Of a DNA stretch of 64,000 nt, positions 59,506 through 64,000 are shown piece by piece. The DNA is from an uncultured cyanobacterium. Lineage in GTDB: Bacteria; Cyanobacteriota; Cyanobacteriia; Cyanobacteriales; CAWCAG01. Under the pieces are notes generated by a model. The model searched no databases, was not told the origin of the DNA, and worked only from the letters and a program-made list of their open reading frames with translations. Every line of letters starts with the position of its first letter. Within the stretch, counting starts at the first letter, position 1. The stretch is taken from contig CAWDOD010000003.1 of NCBI GenBank assembly GCA_963803805.1, positions 512,001-576,000 on the forward strand, written 5' to 3'. Both the position numbers and the translations under genes were made by a program.

Positions 59506-59674
59506 TTTGTTAGTACAAAGTAATTTTATCGTTATTACTATAATAGAAAGTATCAAGGTTTTTGTCAAGGCAAAAACCATACTTTGTTAGTACAAATGGC
59601 AAAATTTTACAGGGCAGTTTCCTAAAACAGTGTTATGATACCGTTAAGACAATCAATGTACACTGTAAGTACAA
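59506..59674. promoter_or_regulatory. Three TGT-(T/A)AGT-ACAA palindromic boxes in a divergent promoter
   Basis: tttgttagtacaaa identical at 59506-59519 and 59583-59596; tgtaagtacaa at 59664-59674. Confidence 0.6.
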
Positions 59675-59680
59675 TTTTCC

Positions 59681-59857
59681 ATGACACGAACAAAACCAAA
59701 ATCAGATAAAGTCCTTACTATACGTCTTCCAGAAAAAGACTTGAAACATTTAGAGGCTTACTGTATTAATCAAGGCAAAACAAAAACAGAAGTTTTGAGA
59801 GGACTAATTCATAGTCTTCCGGCATCTGTATCCACTCAAGAGATGGTTTCTGTGTAG
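59681..59857 (+). CDS. Ribbon-helix-helix (CopG-like) regulator, 58 aa (missing from the ORF track)
   Basis: Hand translation: MTRTKPKSDKVLTIRLPEKDLKHLEAYCINQGKTKTEVLRGLIHSLPASVSTQEMVSV; beta-strand LTIRL followed by two helices. Confidence 0.8.
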   Translation: MTRTKPKSDKVLTIRLPEKDLKHLEAYCINQGKTKTEVLRGLIHSLPASVSTQEMVSV

Positions 59858-59858
59858 T

Positions 59859-59938
59859 AAGTAGAGGCGGGTTACAAAAAGTTTGCCAACTAATCAACTA
59901 AATTAAATAATTATCAATTAATAAACTCGCTTCTACTT
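59859..59938. repeat. GTAG-type REP-like inverted repeat
   Basis: aagtagaggcgggtt ... aactcgcttctactt between convergent genes. Confidence 0.6.
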
Positions 59939-59962
59939 CGCTTTAAAGTTTTTGTACTTTGA

Positions 59963-60478
59963 TTAAGCAGTCTGTTTAACAGATTGCTTTAGTTTTTTCC
60001 TCAAAAGACGCAGGGTTTTTAACCAAGTTTTAGCTGGTTTATCATAAAAGCTGAAAATGTCACCATAAGCAACATTGGCATTTTGATGATGTAGCCAATG
60101 TCTTTCTGGAGTAGTAATAGAAAAGAAGTTACAAACTTTGAGAATAGGTTCGGGTGTTTTCCACTTCAGCAAGGAAACGTGCCGCCACACAACATGGAAT
60201 TCTCCTAAAAGAAGTCCTAGTATTGTTCCTGCTGCTGATATTTGCCATAACCAAGGAACAAAGAGGAAGTAGGGTAAAGCCCCTAAAGCACCATCTAAAA
60301 TTGCTAAAGGATTTCTTGTTAAGACGGCGTAGTGGATAAAGCTACGGTTTTTGCTATGGTGAACTGCGGTATGAAATTTGCCAAAAACGTGTTCTGGAAC
60401 ATGATATAAAAATGTTGAAATCAAGTCTCCTACAAGCAGGAGAATTATAGCTACAGAAACTGCTTTAATAATTTCCAA
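59963..60478 (-). CDS. Sterol desaturase / fatty-acid hydroxylase family protein
   Basis: His boxes HVPEH, HTAVHH, HVVWRH, HWLHH; TTG start with an AGGAG SD. Confidence 0.82.
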   Translation of the reverse strand: MEIIKAVSVAIILLLVGDLISTFLYHVPEHVFGKFHTAVHHSKNRSFIHYAVLTRNPLAILDGALGALPYFLFVPWLWQISAAGTILGLLLGEFHVVWRHVSLLKWKTPEPILKVCNFFSITTPERHWLHHQNANVAYGDIFSFYDKPAKTWLKTLRLLRKKLKQSVKQTA

Positions 60479-60480
60479 AA

Positions 60481-60524
60481 TTAACTCCTCGTTACCTAAG
60501 ACAAACTTAGTTACTAGGAGTTAA
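60481..60524 (-). promoter_or_regulatory. Hairpin sequestering the SD of the desaturase gene
   Basis: Minus strand ttaactcct...ctaag-tttgt-cttag...aggagttaa directly before the TTG start. Confidence 0.55.
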
Positions 60525-60582
60525 ATTTTCTTAAGGTTGAGGTTAATTTAGATTTATCTGGTTATTAAGGTTTTCAAAAGTA

Positions 60583-60637
60583 ACAATCCTGGGAATTTGA
60601 TGAAAACTTTTAATTTTCACCAAATTCTCAGGATTGT
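60583..60637. terminator. Long stem-loop after ho1
   Basis: acaatcctgggaatttg...caaattctcaggattgt (16/17), plus inner tgaaaa/ttttca. Confidence 0.65.
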
Positions 60638-60673
60638 CAAAGTTTAGTTCAAATAGCAAGCAATCACAGCAAT

Positions 60674-61390
60674 TTAATCAGCAGTAGCTAATTCTGTACT
60701 CCCACGAATACGCCGCTTAGTTAAGCTATTGAACAGCATCTTACCAACAGCTTTAATTAAGTTGCCTTCCAATTCTTGGAACAGTTTCATATTCATTGCA
60801 AAAGCAGCATTAGCTTCATCAACAATATCTTCTGCTGTTTGTTGATCGATAGGCAAATTATTCATTGCTTCGCGATACTTACTTTTAAAAGCTTTCTCGT
60901 CGGGAATGTCTGCAAATTCATAAAAAGCAGTTCCCTCACCCTCAGAAAGATTCATTGCCTTTTGAGCAATCTTTTTCAGGATTTGCCCTCCGGATAAATC
61001 TCCTAAATAGCGGGTATAAAGGTGAGCCAGCAGTAATTCAGGACGCGAGTTAGCTACTTCTCTAATACGCGCTACATAAGCTTTACCCGCATCGCTGAGG
61101 GCAATTTCATTTTTCCAGTTGGAGCCGTAATAGTAATGTAAGTCCTTTTCTAAACTTTGTTGGCGATTTAACTCAGGAAAGTAAACTTTAGAAATTACAG
61201 GATGATCCCGCAATCTTTCCATCTCTTCTTCCATCGCTGAATAAACGTAGTAGAGATTGGTAACTAGCTTTCTATAAGATTTTTTCTCAACAACTCCTTT
61301 TAAAAAGCACTTGACAAAGCCTACATTTTCTGCCATCGTGTGGGACTTTTTTGTCCCCTCGCGCAACATAGTAGCTAAATTTACACTCAT
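60674..61390 (-). CDS. ho1: Heme oxygenase 1 (biliverdin-producing)
   Basis: LREGTKKSHTMAENVGF, AHLYTRYLGDLSGGQIL, EANAAF, FQELEGNL. Confidence 0.96.
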   Translation of the reverse strand: MSVNLATMLREGTKKSHTMAENVGFVKCFLKGVVEKKSYRKLVTNLYYVYSAMEEEMERLRDHPVISKVYFPELNRQQSLEKDLHYYYGSNWKNEIALSDAGKAYVARIREVANSRPELLLAHLYTRYLGDLSGGQILKKIAQKAMNLSEGEGTAFYEFADIPDEKAFKSKYREAMNNLPIDQQTAEDIVDEANAAFAMNMKLFQELEGNLIKAVGKMLFNSLTKRRIRGSTELATAD

Positions 61391-61697
61391 GTTAAATTTC
61401 CTGTTCTATGATTATCAAAAACCAGGGACTAGTGGGAAGATCCCTAAAAAAAAGCACCTAGTTTGCTAGATTAAACTGATTTAATGAGGATTTTGATTAA
61501 GAATTTTGAAGTCAAGAATTTCTGAAAGAAGTCCTCGACAAAAATGGACTATTGTGCATATCTTTGCTGTAAGACAATCAGTAACTAGCCATTAGCCATT
61601 AAAATCTGTTGCAAAAACCGTAACCAAGCAAACTTCCGGGTATTGAAGCAGGCATACTGGATTGAAAAATAAATGCAGTAACTCTACAGGTAAGCTT

Positions 61698-62567
61698 ATG
61701 CTGCTCAAAGATGCCCGTGATTATCAAATTCTGTTCCTTTCTGTATTCCTTGTTTTGGGTATTGGTACTAGGGATTGGACTTTGCGTACAGATTTAATGC
61801 TAGTAACTGTTGGTAGTTGTTTAGTGACTCAGTGGCTACTAGTTTCCCTTGTTCCTTATATCCAAGGAAAAATGCAACTCCAATGGTCTTCTTCTCCTAA
61901 ATCTATCCTCACTTTACTACCAACCCTTTCTACTTTTCGTAGTGCTGCTATCACCTCATTAGGTCTTTGCTTACTGTTGCGAGGAAATAATTATCATACT
62001 ATGGCCTTGGCTGGCTGTTTAGCGATCGCCAGTAAGTTTTTGTTTCAATACAAAGCCAAGCACTTTTTCAACCCAGCTAATTTTGGCATTATCGCTGCCC
62101 TTTTATTAACCAATGATGCTTGGATATCTCCTGGACAATGGGGGACTGATTGGTGGTATTTACTGCTGTTTGCTGGTACAGGAGGAATGATTCTCAAGCG
62201 AGTTGGGCGTTGGGATACTTCTGCTGCTTTCTTCCTTAGCTACGCAGCCTTAGAAGCGGGACGTAATTTTTGGTTAGGTTTTGGTTGGGATGTACTTATA
62301 CACCAATTAATGAGCGGTTCTTTATTACTATTCGCTCTGTTTATGCTCACCGATCCTCGCTCTATTCCTAACGCTACCACGAGCCGTTTAATTTGGGCGA
62401 TCGCAATTGCCCTATTAACCTTTATTTTGCAACATCAATTTTTCGTCGAAAGTGCCATCTTCTGGGCTTTATTCGCCCTTTCTCCTGTCACCATTTTCTT
62501 AGATGAATTTTGGTTGGCCCCCAGGTTTACTTGGCAACAGGTGAAGCTTGTAGCAAGTAATAACTAA
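61698..62567 (+). CDS. Stand-alone RnfD/NqrB-like membrane protein
   Basis: DARDYQI, IASKF, HFFNPANFG, WISPGQWG, FALFMLTDP. Confidence 0.82.
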   Translation: MLLKDARDYQILFLSVFLVLGIGTRDWTLRTDLMLVTVGSCLVTQWLLVSLVPYIQGKMQLQWSSSPKSILTLLPTLSTFRSAAITSLGLCLLLRGNNYHTMALAGCLAIASKFLFQYKAKHFFNPANFGIIAALLLTNDAWISPGQWGTDWWYLLLFAGTGGMILKRVGRWDTSAAFFLSYAALEAGRNFWLGFGWDVLIHQLMSGSLLLFALFMLTDPRSIPNATTSRLIWAIAIALLTFILQHQFFVESAIFWALFALSPVTIFLDEFWLAPRFTWQQVKLVASNN

Positions 62568-62587
62568 TAAGTAATAAGTAATAAGTA
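62560..62587 (+). repeat. (TAAGTAA)n heptamer array
   Basis: taactaataagtaataagtaataagta in the short intergenic gap. Confidence 0.65.
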
Positions 62588-62593
62588 CGGAAA

Positions 62594-63928
62594 ATGAAAA
62601 ACTTTCGAGTAATAGCTACGTGGTTAATCGCTTGCGTCGCTACATTGGCATTAGCACAACCCGCTTGGGCCTTCTGTGGCTTTTATGTGGCTAAAGCGGA
62701 TACAGATTTATATAACCAAGCTTCTCAAGTAATTATTGCTAGAGACGGCGATCGCACAGTATTAACAATGGCGAATGACTACCAAGGTGAAGCAAAAGAT
62801 TTCGCTATGGTAGTACCGGTTCCAGTAATTTTACAGGAAGATCAAGTTAATGTTGCAGAACCAAAAATTCTCGAACGCCTTGATAATTTTAGCGCACCGC
62901 GTTTAGTAGAATATTTTGATGAAGATCCTTGTTTGATAAGGGATTATGAAGAATTTGATGGTGCAGTACTACGAAGTGAAGCCCCACCTTCACCTACGGC
63001 TAAAGCTAGAAATGAAAGCTTAGGAGTAACAATAGAATCACAGTTTAGCGTGGGAGAATATGACATTGTTATCCTCAGTGCCACTGAATCTGATGGTTTA
63101 GAAACTTGGTTGCAAGAAAATGATTATCAGATTCCCGACGGGGCAAGCAAACTTTTACAACCCTACATTCGCCAAAATCTCAAATTCTTTGTTGCCAAAG
63201 TCAACCTCCAAGAATTTGAAAAAAGTGAATTCCAATCCCTACGCCCTTTAATGATGGCTTACGAGTCCTCCAGATTTATGTTACCCATTCGCTTGGGAAC
63301 TATGAATGCGAAAGGGCCCCAGGATTTAATTGTTTATCTTCTTTCACCCAAAGGACAAACGGAATTAACCAATTACCGTCTGGTAAAGATTCCTTCTGAT
63401 ACGGAATTACCAGAATTTGTTGAAGAGGAATTTGGTGATTTTTATCAGTCCATGTTCCAAACTTCTTATGAAAGGGAAAATCAAAAGGTTGCTTTCTTAG
63501 AATACGCTTGGGATATGGCTTGGTGTGACCCTTGTGCAGCCAACCCCTTAAACCCAGAAGAATTGCGCCAAGCAGGGGTATTTTGGCTTAATCAAGGGGG
63601 AAATCCCAATTTAGGTAGTCCAGCCCAAAATGTCTTTATTACCCGTCTCCACGTCCGTTATACCAGGGATAAGTTTCCTGAAGACTTAAGGTTTGCAGAA
63701 ACCGGAAATCGAGAAAATTTCCAAGGGCGTTATGTGATTCGTCATCCCTTTACTGGAGAGATGGATTGTCCCCAGGCTAAAGAATACAAACAAGCTTTAG
63801 CACAACGTCAAGAAAAAGAAGTGCAAACCCTCGCTAAGTTAACTAAGTGGGATATTGCCGAGATTCGCAAGAAAGCAGACATCAAAGTAAATAATCCCAC
63901 TCCTTGGTGGCAGAATATTTTCCGTTAA
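62594..63928 (+). CDS. DUF2330 domain exported protein
   Basis: Signal peptide then AFCGFYVA; FAMVVPVP, SAPRLVEYFD, FFVAKV, MLPIRLG, WCDPCAA, TRLHVRY, FQGRY. Confidence 0.88.
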   Translation: MKNFRVIATWLIACVATLALAQPAWAFCGFYVAKADTDLYNQASQVIIARDGDRTVLTMANDYQGEAKDFAMVVPVPVILQEDQVNVAEPKILERLDNFSAPRLVEYFDEDPCLIRDYEEFDGAVLRSEAPPSPTAKARNESLGVTIESQFSVGEYDIVILSATESDGLETWLQENDYQIPDGASKLLQPYIRQNLKFFVAKVNLQEFEKSEFQSLRPLMMAYESSRFMLPIRLGTMNAKGPQDLIVYLLSPKGQTELTNYRLVKIPSDTELPEFVEEEFGDFYQSMFQTSYERENQKVAFLEYAWDMAWCDPCAANPLNPEELRQAGVFWLNQGGNPNLGSPAQNVFITRLHVRYTRDKFPEDLRFAETGNRENFQGRYVIRHPFTGEMDCPQAKEYKQALAQRQEKEVQTLAKLTKWDIAEIRKKADIKVNNPTPWWQNIFR

Positions 63929-63959
63929 GCCAAATTCGTTACAATACAATCTATCTAAT

Positions 63960-63996
63960 CGGTCTTGTTCTTAAAGCAAGGCCGTTCCTTTTTTTT
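63960..63996 (+). terminator. Terminator after the DUF2330 gene
   Basis: cggtcttg...caaggccg stem followed by a T tract. Confidence 0.6.
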
Positions 63997-64000
63997 GAGT

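Larger units (their letters stand above)
1..64000. repeat. HIP1 octamer GCGATCGC dispersed throughout
   Basis: Examples at about 1414, 4652, 8821, 15380, 29059, 32430, 34984, 40094, 44136, 62398; about 30 or more by eye. Confidence 0.9.

Noticed and set aside
59506-59674. AGTAC-containing boxes as LexA sites
   Set aside because: They do not fit the cyanobacterial RGTAC-N4-GTWC spacing; the adjacent RHH protein is a better candidate.
1-64000. CRISPR arrays, rRNA, tRNA, prophage genes
   Set aside because: No regularly spaced 25-40 bp repeats, cloverleafs, rRNA-like tracts or phage structural genes seen.

Overview
AT-rich cyanobacterial chromosomal window. The assignment rests on roughly 30 or more HIP1 octamers GCGATCGC counted by eye, and on psbH/psbN, raf1, ccmO, ccmP, furA and ho1. 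Most of the window is housekeeping (rps1, sufE, tatA, tilS, mltG, tsaB, rpsF, infB, mscL, mscS x2). A central accessory block (about 20.3-38.3 kb) holds two modules. (i) A two-gene AAA_35 ATPase operon (HTH-TIR-AAA_35, then AAA_35 with four NKFDE-type GAF domains and no output domain) lies divergent from an HD-domain phosphohydrolase, with a CRP-like box between them; this is the best candidate for an undescribed nucleotide-signalling system. (ii) A DNA phosphorothioation locus (dndC-dndD-dndE plus a divergent DGQHR/DndB-like gene) is interrupted by a LuxR-HTH/NB-ARC/TPR gene. That gene is split at a U_UUU_UUA slippery site and faces an unannotated 54-aa hydrophobic ORF across direct-repeat operator candidates. 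Mobile DNA includes an intact IS982, a 270-bp internally deleted IS630 that supplies the 3' end of tilS, GTAG-type REP-like palindromes and heptamer tandem repeats. The ORF track missed psbN, an RHH/CopG gene with repeated operators, and the 54-aa ORF. I found no CRISPR array, tRNA or rRNA. All family calls come from motif recognition by eye, not from database searches.
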